Sequence record: PZ386947.1
Source: a phage
DNA: 64,000 bases
Reading direction: 5' to 3' (one strand)
A model generated the notes under the pieces. The model saw only the letters and a program-made list of their open reading frames with translations, ran no database searches and was not told where the DNA came from. Shown here piece after piece: positions 28,539-38,695 of the stretch; position 1 is the first letter of the stretch; each line of letters begins with the position of its first letter. Position numbers and translations under genes: made by a program.

Positions 28539-29712
28539 TAAATTCTTCCATATCACTTAACTGCTCGAGGTCAGTTTCTAAATCAGCAGCTGATTTACTT
28601 TTACTTTCTGGAGATTTAAATTTTTCAACCTTTGAGTTAATCAATTCATCAACTTCAGCTTCAACAATTTCATTACTATCAATAGCACCTAACTGATAAG
28701 CACGTTTAATAGCATCTCGGAATGGTTGATGCTTAAATAAAGGACCCCAGAATGTAGTGCAGTTGGTATCTTTTGCACGCCAAGATTTTTCTTCGCGAAT
28801 CATCTCGCCGGTTTCTTCATCAAGAAATTCACGAGCATACCAGCCATTTTTAGGTTTTACCACGAATCCTAATTCTAGAGCCATATCTAACAATCCAGAA
28901 TAAGGATCGATACCACCGTCAAATTTAACATCAATAAAGAATTTACTTTTTTCTTTAACGGTACGAGATTTTTCTACATTTAGAACAAATTGATACCCCT
29001 GAAGATCAGAACCATCTTTAATCTGACGCTTACCGATAATGAATACAGTATCAGCCGAATACATTACGCCTGTACCACCTGTCATCACGGTTTTACTAAA
29101 CATTTCAATTGTTTCAATTGTATGGTTAACCGCAACACATGGAATATTTTTAATGCTAAAGTAAGGAGTAACAATACGGAATAATGACTTCAGTGATTTA
29201 GCACGAGTCATATCTGCCACAGATTTTTCATTCAAGGCATCTTCAGTTTCTTTCTTAGAAGCCATATTACCGATTGAGTCGATGAATACAATAACTTTTT
29301 CACCGCGCTCAATAGCTTCAAGCTGATTCACCATATCAATTTTCAGCTGTTCAACTGACTGGATTGGCGTATGAATTACTCGTTCCGGGTCAACTCCCAT
29401 GGATCGCAAATAAGCTGGAGTAATACCAAATTCGCTATCATAGAATAGACAAACCGCGTCAGGATATTTGTTCAAATATGCCGCAACCATAGTCAAAGAC
29501 ATATTTGATTTAAAGTGTTTAGAAGGCCCTGCGAAAATAGTTAAACCAGACTGCATACCGCCATCAATCGCACCAGAAATAGCAATATTAAGCATTGGAA
29601 TTTTTGTACGAATTACATCCTTTTCATTAAAGAATTTAGATGTAGTCAGTTCAGCAGTCATTTTAGAAGTGGAAGCTTTAATCAAACGGGATTTTAAATC
29701 TGCAATAGGCAT
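28531..29712 (-). CDS. uvsX: UvsX, RecA-like recombinase
   Basis: 393 aa; C-terminal two-thirds matches T4 UvsX as recalled; N-terminus diverged. Confidence 0.9.
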   Translation of the reverse strand: MPIADLKSRLIKASTSKMTAELTTSKFFNEKDVIRTKIPMLNIAISGAIDGGMQSGLTIFAGPSKHFKSNMSLTMVAAYLNKYPDAVCLFYDSEFGITPAYLRSMGVDPERVIHTPIQSVEQLKIDMVNQLEAIERGEKVIVFIDSIGNMASKKETEDALNEKSVADMTRAKSLKSLFRIVTPYFSIKNIPCVAVNHTIETIEMFSKTVMTGGTGVMYSADTVFIIGKRQIKDGSDLQGYQFVLNVEKSRTVKEKSKFFIDVKFDGGIDPYSGLLDMALELGFVVKPKNGWYAREFLDEETGEMIREEKSWRAKDTNCTTFWGPLFKHQPFRDAIKRAYQLGAIDSNEIVEAEVDELINSKVEKFKSPESKSKSAADLETDLEQLSDMEEFNE

Positions 29713-29789
29713 TCATTTTTTCCATAGGCATCATTATATTTTCCTCACTGGTTAAAGATAGAGTAATTATAACACAATAAATTTAGGCA

Positions 29790-30632
29790 TTAATCAACTG
29801 CTATTGGATGAATAGCATTAAACTTATGAAATGCTTCTGATTTTTCTTTACGAGAAACACACATGCGAAGAACCTTTAATGGCTCGTCTTCTTCACCCAA
29901 CGATTTTCGTTTTTCAATATTAGAAGTTTTCCAACGAGCTTGCTCTGGAAACTCTCTATTGATTTGCTCAAGCGCTCTATTATGTTTAGAATTACTACGA
30001 ATTGAACTGCACCCGCCAGGAGCTTGTGCTTTTCCAGATACAACCAGATATTTGAACAAGGCCAAATGCGGATAACCTTGATTAATTAAATTGAGAAATG
30101 CATACATATCTTCGCACAAATCAATTTTTCCATACCCAATTTGTTCTGTCGTAAGTTTTCCGAGGTCATACCATGTATTCGTGAATCCATATGAATTTTC
30201 ACGATAATTACCCCAAGATGAAGTAATTTTAAAAATAGGTAGACGAGCATGGCCATGATAATACCCACAATCCATGGCATCCTCAACATATTGAATCAAT
30301 TCATAGAACTGTTCACGAGTCAATTGATTGACTTTATCCACACAACGACGATCATCTCTTTTTCGCATTGAACTCATACGAATAGTAGTATCATCGTCAA
30401 TCATCCAGATTCGTTGACCTGCATACATATCAGTAATTGCTTTACGAGTACCAGCAATTCCATTTACATCATCAGGAATAGTTATAATTTTAGCTCTAGA
30501 CCCATAGGCATCATAATAAGCTTTTTCTTCATGTTCACGCACTACAATATGGGGTTCATAATCAGTCGGAAACATATCAAGGGCAGAAACTGCCCCGACA
30601 CGCTGATAACTTGGAATTACGAATTGAATCAT
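29790..30632 (-). CDS. ba-gt: glycosyltransferase (GT-A, DxD), most likely T2/T6-type beta-glucosyl-HMC-alpha-glucosyltransferase
   Basis: 280 aa from ATG 30630-30632 overlapping gene 42 stop; DDD motif; occupies the T4 beta-gt slot between uvsX and 42. Confidence 0.55.
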   Translation of the reverse strand: MIQFVIPSYQRVGAVSALDMFPTDYEPHIVVREHEEKAYYDAYGSRAKIITIPDDVNGIAGTRKAITDMYAGQRIWMIDDDTTIRMSSMRKRDDRRCVDKVNQLTREQFYELIQYVEDAMDCGYYHGHARLPIFKITSSWGNYRENSYGFTNTWYDLGKLTTEQIGYGKIDLCEDMYAFLNLINQGYPHLALFKYLVVSGKAQAPGGCSSIRSNSKHNRALEQINREFPEQARWKTSNIEKRKSLGEEDEPLKVLRMCVSRKEKSEAFHKFNAIHPIAVD

Positions 30633-31369
30633 TTCCACTCACCTTTATAGTCTTTTTTCACAATATGAGTTTCGCCAGTATTCCACCAATGATCAACCAA
30701 GTAAAAATGACGAGAATATACATGAAGACTTCCGACATTCCATATAATAGAACCTGCTTTATACTGACGAGTTGAATCGCCGGCATTCAAATCAGATACT
30801 AATTTATCTAATACGTATTTTTGCCATGCATAATCATTACGGAATCCGAAGACCACGTCATTTGAGCGCATGCTTACTACTGCATTGACTTTCTTATCAC
30901 GAATCAGGTACTGTACTGTATTAGTACACATGAAATCTGACATACCATCTTTATTGTAGTCAAATTGCATGGATGGACGAGTATAAATCATGATACCACG
31001 TCGAGAATCAGGATTTTGACCAAGTTCAGCTAAACACATATCATACTGGGCATAGTTATCTTCTGACCAAATAGCCCAACCATAATTCGAGTTAATTTCG
31101 CCTTTAGAAGATGCTACCTGCTGCCAAATCTTTGGTGTTTCACCTGGAATATCTTTAACAAACAAGCTCTTAGATTTATACCATTCAAGTTCACGCTGAA
31201 TGTATTCATCATTAAGAGCGCCAAAAATAAACGGTTCATCTGCTACAAATGATGCGCCAATAATTTCAATAGTTTTAACACCGGTTTTATCAACTACGAA
31301 ATCTTTTTCTTTTAATGCAAGCCCCAAATGAAGACGGATTTCTTCAACTGTCATAGAGTCACTAATCAT
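30629..31369 (-). CDS. 42: gp42, dCMP hydroxymethylase
   Basis: 246 aa as T4 gp42; sequence recognised. Confidence 0.9.
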   Translation of the reverse strand: MISDSMTVEEIRLHLGLALKEKDFVVDKTGVKTIEIIGASFVADEPFIFGALNDEYIQRELEWYKSKSLFVKDIPGETPKIWQQVASSKGEINSNYGWAIWSEDNYAQYDMCLAELGQNPDSRRGIMIYTRPSMQFDYNKDGMSDFMCTNTVQYLIRDKKVNAVVSMRSNDVVFGFRNDYAWQKYVLDKLVSDLNAGDSTRQYKAGSIIWNVGSLHVYSRHFYLVDHWWNTGETHIVKKDYKGEWK

Positions 31370-31376
31370 TTAAACC

Positions 31377-31526
31377 TCAATTGATACATTCATATTTAAC
31401 TTGTAACAGTAATAAACCCCAACCTAAAATAATAGTTGGAATCATAAGAGGAACCGTTACACTATAGTATATACTTATTATAATCATCAAGATTAAAAGC
31501 AACACTGCTATAATTTTGCTTTTCAT
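31377..31526 (-). CDS. small membrane protein (49 aa)
   Basis: ATG overlaps imm stop (ATGA); hydrophobic; stop inside gene 42 SD region; below track cutoff. Confidence 0.35.
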   Translation of the reverse strand: MKSKIIAVLLLILMIIISIYYSVTVPLMIPTIILGWGLLLLQVKYECIN

Positions 31527-31774
31527 TCCTTCTCTCTGATGATAATTACCTGATTTGGTTGTGCAGACTTTTTAGTTTCACCCGCAATTGACCAAATAAA
31601 TGTAATAAACCAACCAATAATTGACCAGTTAAACAGTAAAGATGTGAAAAAGATTCCTACTGTCGATTTTGACCCACGCATCAAGGCGATAAACCATGGA
31701 AGCATGTATATAATAATAGCCAACACACCTGAAACTAAAACCATAAAAATTGAACCTGCTACTAAAGTTTCCAT
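31523..31774 (-). CDS. imm: Imm-like membrane protein (superinfection immunity)
   Basis: 83 aa, two TM segments; size and position as T4 imm. Confidence 0.6.
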   Translation of the reverse strand: METLVAGSIFMVLVSGVLAIIIYMLPWFIALMRGSKSTVGIFFTSLLFNWSIIGWFITFIWSIAGETKKSAQPNQVIIIREKE

Positions 31775-31781
31775 GTTTTCA

Positions 31782-32162
31782 TCACTTAGTCAAATTTTTT
31801 ACACATGAATTATAAGAATTCACTACATACTCCATCGGAGCATTTTTACCAGTACGCCATTGGTAATTATTAGCCCAATTAGCCCAAATTTCGGCGCAGT
31901 AGTTTTCAATTTTTTCTTCGCGTGTAATTACATCAGAATTACGATATGCTTGAGCAGATTCATCTGGACGAATAGCTTCGTCAAAATTCGCCTGCATTTG
32001 TTCGACTGTTTGCTTTGGAGCTTCTTTATAACACTTGACATTAGGATTATAAAATTTGCTTGAACAGTTTACAATTTTTCCTACATCAGACTGATTTACT
32101 ACCGGTCCTTGAGCTACACAACCAGTAAGACCTAATGCAATAACCAAAATAGCGATTTTCAT
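31782..32162 (-). CDS. putative lipoprotein (126 aa)
   Basis: ORF track; signal peptide with lipobox LTGC; SD TTGAGGAAATTATT. Confidence 0.5.
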   Translation of the reverse strand: MKIAILVIALGLTGCVAQGPVVNQSDVGKIVNCSSKFYNPNVKCYKEAPKQTVEQMQANFDEAIRPDESAQAYRNSDVITREEKIENYCAEIWANWANNYQWRTGKNAPMEYVVNSYNSCVKNLTK

Positions 32163-32172
32163 AATAATTTCC

Positions 32173-32409
32173 TCAAATGCAAGTAGTAATTACTCCAGTA
32201 GTGCTTATGCAGGTATTACCCATTTGCACACCTAAAGATCCATTTGTATTCACATGAAGATTATCATCAATTTTAACTGATATTTTACCATTAGTGTGAA
32301 TAACGGTGCTAGATTCAATCACAGGTTGAGTATCATTTTCAACACTAACAAATGGAACTGCTGCTAATGCAACTAAACAAACTGCTAAGCATCCCATAAC
32401 AATTTTCAT
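32173..32409 (-). CDS. small secreted protein (78 aa)
   Basis: ATG 32407-32409 after SD TTGGAGAATAAA; N-terminal signal peptide. Confidence 0.45.
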   Translation of the reverse strand: MKIVMGCLAVCLVALAAVPFVSVENDTQPVIESSTVIHTNGKISVKIDDNLHVNTNGSLGVQMGNTCISTTGVITTCI

Positions 32410-32443
32410 TTTATTCTCCAAATCCGTATTAGTTGATAGTTGT

Positions 32444-32473
32444 ATAGTACCATGGAAGAACAGTCTTGTAAAC
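32444..32473 (-). promoter_or_regulatory. T4-type early promoter
   Basis: GTTTAC, 18 nt, TGG TACTAT. Confidence 0.5.
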
Positions 32474-32560
32474 AGTTTTGTGAAAATTTTTTAGGGAATT
32501 CTAAAGGTCCAGAATCATCTGTTTTTCATAAGTATAGATTTATATTACTTGTATGAAAAA

Positions 32561-32576
32561 GGGACCCGGAGGTCCC
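32561..32576 (-). terminator. terminator hairpin downstream of gene 43
   Basis: gggacc cgga ggtccc followed by U-run on minus transcript. Confidence 0.5.
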
Positions 32577-32589
32577 TAGATTTATTCTA

Positions 32590-35286
32590 TCAGCCAAACA
32601 GGAAGTCTAACGAAGCTTTTTCTTCATAGTCCATACCAGCCGATTCACACATACCCGCAAGCGGTTTAACAAACGATTTTTGGAACAAAGTTGAGTAGTC
32701 AATCCAAGATAGTACATCAGAACGAATTTCTTTTGGAAGTTCTGTACCCGATGGCCAAGCAATGCACTTATCACCAAACGGATTTCCTTCACGTAATGGA
32801 AGAACCATTACTTTATTTCCATCCAAAATTGGAGCTACACCCAGACCACTAACAGCTCGACGATAAGTTAGCACACCACGAATATGGAACGGGCATTTAA
32901 ATCCTGGCCAACCTTTATCATCATATTTCGCTATATCGTTCGCAGTTTTTACTTCAGCAATAACTTTATAGTCAAGTTGACGATATTCTTTCTCGAAGTT
33001 CTTGTAATATTCTTGGACAGACTCTTCGCCTTCCTGAAGAATACGACGAATACTTTCTTCGAGAGCTTCTTGGACCGCTTTAGGCGTTGAACTCTGCTGA
33101 GTTTCCATACCCATGATTTTTAGATGTGGTTCAGCAAAACGCTTATCTTCCATATCATAAACGTTCAGAGCATAACGCTTTTTCGCTTTCCAAAATCCAC
33201 CAACACCCTTTGAACCAAGTGGAGGGCAAGAAATAGCTTCACGGTCCATATGCATCAGATGCTCGCGGTTATTCATATAATCACATAACTCACGATATGC
33301 AACATCAATCATAGGTTCCATCTTTTTCTTACCGAACTGATTCATGAATTCAACTAAATCGTTCTGCTCTTTGAATCGGTCAAGACCAACTTTTTCAATA
33401 ACTTTATCTACACAAACATATACAGAATCAGTATCACCCGCTGCGATGAAATCTTCGCCATTAGTTCCACACACCTTATTCAGGTATTCATTAATTTTAC
33501 GAGCAATCCACTGAATACCAACTTGACCAAAAATTGTGATAGCAGTAGCATTTCGCAAATCATAGTAACGGAAATGAATATTACCAAGAGCACCATAAAG
33601 ACTGTTGATAAGAATTTTACGGTTTAGCTGATTTGTGTTAGCAAGTGTAGCTGCTTTTTCACATTCTTCGATCAGACTATTAAGAACAGATTCGGTGTAA
33701 TTCGATAATTCATTTAAGAAATCATCACTGAACTTAACATATCGTTCAACTTCTGGTTTAGTTGAGCGAGACCCTGCACCTTTCATAATAATCTTTTTAA
33801 TAGCTTCGGCATTCATTTCTTCGGCGAACATTTTCTTTTTCCAATCTTTACGTTGGAAAAATACTTTAGCGATTTCCTTTGGAATGATACCTTCTTGATG
33901 CTTATCATACATCCATCCATTCGGAGAACAAGAATATTCATCACTTGGCTTAGGAGCTGTTCCTGCGATATATTCATGAATTGGATGAACTTTAAACTGA
34001 CCACGAATAGTCTCAGGACTAATGTTAACCTGACGAATAATGCTAGGATACAGAGACGTCAAGTCAAAACTCATAATGTATCGACGAGCAATCGGTTTAG
34101 GTTCAAATACAAATGCACCTGGAAAACTTTGTTTAACGTGCGAACCTTGTTGAGGAATAACCTTATGTTCACCTTTCAACGAGTTAAAAATAATAGCATC
34201 CCAAGTTTTAATAGGACTCATTACACCAGAAAAAGGCATTTTAGCATAATAAGACATACTTAAAACTAGATCGATAAACCCACGAATTTTATCAATTGCT
34301 TGAACTGATTCTACGTCAATGATGTTATAACTAATGTATCGTTGATGATTAGTCTCACGAAGTTTATTAATAGGACCGTCGTATGGCAATTTACCTTTTT
34401 TGGTTTCATGTTGAGCAACTGATTCCAAAGAGAATGATGGCAAATTAGTAAATGCGAATTTCTTGTACAAATCTAAATAATCAAGAATAGATACGCCATC
34501 AATAGAATAAATTTCTTTGCTACCGTACATATTTTGAATTAGTTTAGATTTTACTCGACCGATTGGAGAGAAGCGTTTCATACTGCGTTCGCCCAGAACC
34601 ATTTTAACACGATTCATGATATACGGAACGTCAAATCCCTCAATATTCCAGCCGGTAAAAATAGCAGGTCTTTTCTGTTCCCAGAGATTAATATATTCCA
34701 TGAGCATATCACGCTCATTATCAAATGGCATATAAATTACTCGGTCAAGAATTTCTTGAGGAACTTCATCACCACCTTCACAGTCAAGTTTAGCAGCTAA
34801 CTTTGCATCCCATTTTGATACTGAACCGTACATTGAATTCAACAAATCAAAGACGTAAAAACGGTCGTCAATTGAATCATAATGAGTGATAGCATCAATT
34901 TCATATTCTGCTTTCATTGGGTCAGGAAATTTATCACCAGTAACCTCAATGTCACAGTTAGCTACACGAACAAATTTTCGGTCATAAACAATTTCTGAAC
35001 CATATGTATCACTGATATAAGCGAGTTTAAAATCGTTCATACCGAGAGCTTCGAGACCGATGTCTTCCATTCGCTTCATCCAATCTCGAGCATCTTTCAT
35101 TGATGGAAATTTTTGAGGAGCGCAGTTTTTACCATAGATGTCTTTGTATTTTGACTCTTCCTTACAATGCCTAAACATAGTTGGAAGATATTCTACTTCA
35201 CGAGTACGTTCCTTTCCGTTTTCATCAATATAACGTTCAACAATGTTATTTCCGACTGTTTCAATAGAGATATAAAATTCTTTCAT
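32590..35286 (-). CDS. 43: gp43, DNA polymerase (family B)
   Basis: 898 aa as T4 gp43, near-identical to remembered T4 sequence; motifs DIE (exo) and DTDS (pol). Confidence 0.95.
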   Translation of the reverse strand: MKEFYISIETVGNNIVERYIDENGKERTREVEYLPTMFRHCKEESKYKDIYGKNCAPQKFPSMKDARDWMKRMEDIGLEALGMNDFKLAYISDTYGSEIVYDRKFVRVANCDIEVTGDKFPDPMKAEYEIDAITHYDSIDDRFYVFDLLNSMYGSVSKWDAKLAAKLDCEGGDEVPQEILDRVIYMPFDNERDMLMEYINLWEQKRPAIFTGWNIEGFDVPYIMNRVKMVLGERSMKRFSPIGRVKSKLIQNMYGSKEIYSIDGVSILDYLDLYKKFAFTNLPSFSLESVAQHETKKGKLPYDGPINKLRETNHQRYISYNIIDVESVQAIDKIRGFIDLVLSMSYYAKMPFSGVMSPIKTWDAIIFNSLKGEHKVIPQQGSHVKQSFPGAFVFEPKPIARRYIMSFDLTSLYPSIIRQVNISPETIRGQFKVHPIHEYIAGTAPKPSDEYSCSPNGWMYDKHQEGIIPKEIAKVFFQRKDWKKKMFAEEMNAEAIKKIIMKGAGSRSTKPEVERYVKFSDDFLNELSNYTESVLNSLIEECEKAATLANTNQLNRKILINSLYGALGNIHFRYYDLRNATAITIFGQVGIQWIARKINEYLNKVCGTNGEDFIAAGDTDSVYVCVDKVIEKVGLDRFKEQNDLVEFMNQFGKKKMEPMIDVAYRELCDYMNNREHLMHMDREAISCPPLGSKGVGGFWKAKKRYALNVYDMEDKRFAEPHLKIMGMETQQSSTPKAVQEALEESIRRILQEGEESVQEYYKNFEKEYRQLDYKVIAEVKTANDIAKYDDKGWPGFKCPFHIRGVLTYRRAVSGLGVAPILDGNKVMVLPLREGNPFGDKCIAWPSGTELPKEIRSDVLSWIDYSTLFQKSFVKPLAGMCESAGMDYEEKASLDFLFG

Positions 35287-35344
35287 AGATATTCCTTAGT
35301 TTATAGCCCGAGTTATTAGGCTCTTGATATATTATACTCCAATT

Positions 35345-35362
35345 AAGGGGCCGAAGCCCCTT
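35345..35362 (-). terminator. UUCG-tetraloop hairpin downstream of regA
   Basis: aaggggc cgaa gcccctt. Confidence 0.5.
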
Positions 35363-35364
35363 GC

Positions 35365-35733
35365 TTAATTACCAATCGTATATTTAGGAACGAGTTTCCA
35401 TTCATGTTTTTGTTTAAAAGAAATAACTCGGAAGTTATTAGTTAAATCTTTCATAAAAGTTCTTTGACCAGGAACGATTTCAATCAGTCCCCAATCTTCT
35501 AACAACCATGCAATCGAATCACGACGAACTTCATCTTCTTCTGTCATTTCAACCTGGCGACCATCCATACGAAGCATTTCTTTAAAATGAACGATATAGT
35601 ATAGTCCTTTTTTCTGAAGAATATGACAGGACTGATACAGAACTTTATCTTTATTATTAGCAATTCCCATACGAGTCAAAGTTTCTTTTACTTTCAGAAA
35701 ATCTTCAGGTTTTTTAAGAGTAATTTCAATCAT
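35365..35733 (-). CDS. regA: RegA, translational repressor
   Basis: 122 aa; sequence recognised as T4 RegA. Confidence 0.9.
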   Translation of the reverse strand: MIEITLKKPEDFLKVKETLTRMGIANNKDKVLYQSCHILQKKGLYYIVHFKEMLRMDGRQVEMTEEDEVRRDSIAWLLEDWGLIEIVPGQRTFMKDLTNNFRVISFKQKHEWKLVPKYTIGN

Positions 35734-35734
35734 T

Positions 35735-36298
35735 TTACCATTCCAATGCTAGTTTTTTGAGTTGTTTCTGTTCTTTTACGTTCTTAGTCACTTCTTTCAA
35801 AAAATCATCCGTGACTAATCCTTTAAGTTCTTTTAATACTAAAGGTAGTTTTCCATTTTTAGTAAGAATTGATTTATAGTTAATTGCATCATTTGTATTA
35901 ACTTGATAACGCTTAGCAAGTAACTTAATAATCAATACTTCGGTGGAATCTTCAACTAGTTTTGCCCATTTACCATATCTTTTACCACGAGGAACTGCAG
36001 CCATTAGATAATTAAAATGAGCTTCATCACTTAATCCAGAACCGATTAAATTCATAGCATATACAGCTGGCATGCACTCTGGAAATTGTGATAATGCATT
36101 TTCAACCATGAATTTTGAATAATCTTTTTGAGCAATAGAGCATTTAGTTTTATTATTAATAGCTCCAATTATTTCAAAAAACTCATTTTCAGCTTTTTCT
36201 TTAAAAGAATCAGCAGCGGATTGGACAGCCGTCCAATCTTTTGAATACCAAGCAACTTGATGCTCGTTTAATTGAATATCATCTTCAAATAAGCTCAT
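35735..36298 (-). CDS. 62: gp62, clamp loader small subunit
   Basis: 187 aa from ATG 36296-36298 as T4 gp62; track start is upstream extension. Confidence 0.85.
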   Translation of the reverse strand: MSLFEDDIQLNEHQVAWYSKDWTAVQSAADSFKEKAENEFFEIIGAINNKTKCSIAQKDYSKFMVENALSQFPECMPAVYAMNLIGSGLSDEAHFNYLMAAVPRGKRYGKWAKLVEDSTEVLIIKLLAKRYQVNTNDAINYKSILTKNGKLPLVLKELKGLVTDDFLKEVTKNVKEQKQLKKLALEW

Positions 36299-36299
36299 A

Positions 36300-37259
36300 T
36301 CACTTCCACTGCATTTCACATGCTAACTGAATGAAAAGATAAGCTAAATGCAATTCAGTATTAGCTGCAATACCATGATACTGATTATTTTCGCCGACAA
36401 TTTCGTACATACGAATAATACTCTGTGGAGTTACACGTGAATAGATTTCTTCGGCAAGTTTACCCACGAACCACGAATAATCGGCTGCATATTTTGGTGC
36501 TAAAGCTCTGAGTTGTTTAACATCTTTATTTTTGAGAGACTCAAGAACATCATCAATAGCACCACGATCGTTAGTAACCAGTGATAAAATACCAGCATCC
36601 AAAACACCTTTAGATGAATAACTATCGAGCTCGCCAATAGTTTTACGAAAATCAGGAAAATTCTTTTTAACCAAAGCTGCTACAACTTTCATATCAGCTA
36701 TAGCAATTCCTTCATGCTTACAGATTTCAGTCAATCGACGAATCATCTGCTTCATCATTTCAATTTTATCTTCATCGGTCGGTTGACCGAACGTAATAAC
36801 TCGGCAGCGTGACTGAAGTGGTTTAATAATACCATCAATATTGTTAGCAGTAATAATAATACTACAGTTTGAACTATAAGCTTCCATAAAGGAACGAAGA
36901 TGTCGCTGAGACTCTGCTAACCCTGAACGGTCAAATTCATCAATAACGATTACTTTTTGACGACCGTCAAATGAAGCTGCGCTGGCAAAATTAGTCAAAG
37001 GACCACGAACGAAATCAATTTTACAATCTGATCCATTCACAAACATCATATCAGCATTTACATCATGACACAATGCTTTCGCTACAGTTGTTTTACCTGT
37101 TCCTGGAGAAGGAGAATGAAGAATAATATGTGGAATCTTACCTTTACTTGTAATAGATTTAAAGGTTTCTTTATCAAAGGCGGGAAGAATACATTCATCG
37201 ATAGTAGATGGACGATATTTCTGTTCAAGAATGTGTTCTTTTTCATTTACGGTAATCAT
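36300..37259 (-). CDS. 44: gp44, clamp loader AAA+ ATPase subunit
   Basis: 319 aa from ATG 37257-37259 (SD GAGGAAATT) as T4 gp44; Walker A GTGKTT. Confidence 0.9.
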
Positions 37260-37293
37260 AATTTCCTCATTCAAGTTTTAGTGTAAATTATAA

Positions 37294-37307
37294 AGGGCCG
37301 AAGCCCT
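37294..37307 (-). terminator. UUCG-tetraloop hairpin downstream of gene 45
   Basis: agggc cgaa gccct. Confidence 0.45.
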
Positions 37308-37310
37308 CTA

Positions 37311-37997
37311 TTAAAAATCGTGGGTAGAATCAGCTTCAAGAGCTACTACATAATTCGCATGTTCACCTTCAAATTTAGCAGCACCTTGTTTACCTTTTGC
37401 CCAGAGCAGAAGTTTATAATTTCCTGGTTGCATTTTCATATTTGCCATATTGATAATGAAATTAAATGTATTTTCACCATCATAATCACCAAGAGTCAAA
37501 GAATATTTAACACGGGTCAAAGCAGAATCTTCTACTTTATTAAAACCGTTAATTACGATTTTACCTTCTTTTACCGTGATAGCAATTGTATCAATTTGCA
37601 GACCACGAGATACACGCAACAGTTGTTGAAGGTCTTCAGCTTTAATTTCAGTAACAACAGATGCTACCGGGAATGGAATTGGTTTATTAGGAGCAACTAC
37701 TGTACTCGGATCGGCTGCTGGCCAAAAAATTGTTGAGCGGGCATCAGCAATTTTAATATTTCCATCTTCTGACTGGGAAATTTCTGCATCATCATTAACT
37801 AGCGACAGAATACCGAGAAAACCGTTCAAATCGTAAATTGCTACATCAAAATCAATAACGTCAGAAATATTTGCTTCCGCATAAGTTGTACCATTAACTG
37901 CGCGAGTCATAATAAATTGACCGGATTTAAGCATAATACCGGAGTTAATAGTAGCGAAATTTTTAAGCAGAGCAGTAGTATCTTTAGACAGTTTCAT
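37311..37997 (-). CDS. 45: gp45, sliding clamp
   Basis: 228 aa; sequence recognised as T4 gp45; SD AAGGAAATTAC. Confidence 0.9.
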   Translation of the reverse strand: MKLSKDTTALLKNFATINSGIMLKSGQFIMTRAVNGTTYAEANISDVIDFDVAIYDLNGFLGILSLVNDDAEISQSEDGNIKIADARSTIFWPAADPSTVVAPNKPIPFPVASVVTEIKAEDLQQLLRVSRGLQIDTIAITVKEGKIVINGFNKVEDSALTRVKYSLTLGDYDGENTFNFIINMANMKMQPGNYKLLLWAKGKQGAAKFEGEHANYVVALEADSTHDF

Positions 37998-38052
37998 GTA
38001 ATTTCCTTCAATTCAAATGAGATTTAATTTTATAACTAATTTAATAAAGCAA

Positions 38053-38442
38053 TTAACGATTAAAATCAGCCGCAATTGTTTCCGCAACAATTTGAGCAGC
38101 AACAATTAGACGTTCATCTGCATTACCACAATAATCATCTTCAAGGCGTTCACCACATGAAGTCATAATAAATTTAGCACCGGCGTTTAGGGATTCTGTA
38201 GTATGTTTGCGCATTAGTTCAATCCATTTATTACTTACTTCACGATCGATAGCTTCATAATACGCATGACGAGCAGGTGCAGATTTAATTTTGTTCTGAA
38301 TAACTTCCATTGCGTTATCAGAAAGAGACAAAACCCATGCTCGACGAATTTTATTTTGATTTTGTGGATTTGATTCAGAACGCACGTGTTTTGGCTGAAT
38401 ATCTTTTACATCAACAGTATAATTCACAGTAATTTTAGTCAT
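38053..38442 (-). CDS. rpbA: RpbA-like RNA polymerase binding protein
   Basis: 129 aa; size and position as T4 rpbA; SD AAAGGTGTATT. Confidence 0.6.
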
Positions 38443-38451
38443 AATACACCT

Positions 38452-38640
38452 TTAATCATAATAATCAGTAACAGTCCAAGCTTCATTTCTATTGGACATT
38501 ATTTTTGTATATTCTGCTTTAAATGCATTCTTAAGCATAGATTCAGTAACTATATGCTCTTCATTAGAAAAATTATTTCTCAGAATATATCGTTTTATTT
38601 CAGGAATAGTTAATAGATGCTGTCCAGTTGAATATTCCAT
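38452..38640 (-). CDS. hypothetical protein (62 aa), 45.2 position
   Basis: ORF track; SD GGAGGAAAAAC. Confidence 0.45.
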   Translation of the reverse strand: MEYSTGQHLLTIPEIKRYILRNNFSNEEHIVTESMLKNAFKAEYTKIMSNRNEAWTVTDYYD

Positions 38641-38657
38641 GTTTTTCCTCCATAGAG

Positions 38658-38683
38658 ATTATACTCTAATAAATTAAAGCATA
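38658..38683 (-). promoter_or_regulatory. MotA-dependent middle promoter (45.2 / rpbA / 45 operon)
   Basis: MotA box TATGCTTTA, 11-nt spacer, TATAAT. Confidence 0.5.
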
Positions 38684-38695
38684 ATCTCTTATAAA

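Noticed and set aside
29713-29789. Short upstream ORF (MMPMEKMNAYCRF...) overlapping the uvsX start, and a possible middle promoter
   Set aside because: The ORF is under 20 codons and out of frame with uvsX; the MotA-box match (TGCCTAA) is poor. It may be a regulatory uORF but the evidence is too weak to call.
32607-32792. Minus-strand 61-aa ORF in an alternative frame within the gene 43 3' end
   Set aside because: It is fully contained in the DNA polymerase coding sequence in another frame, with no independent signals.
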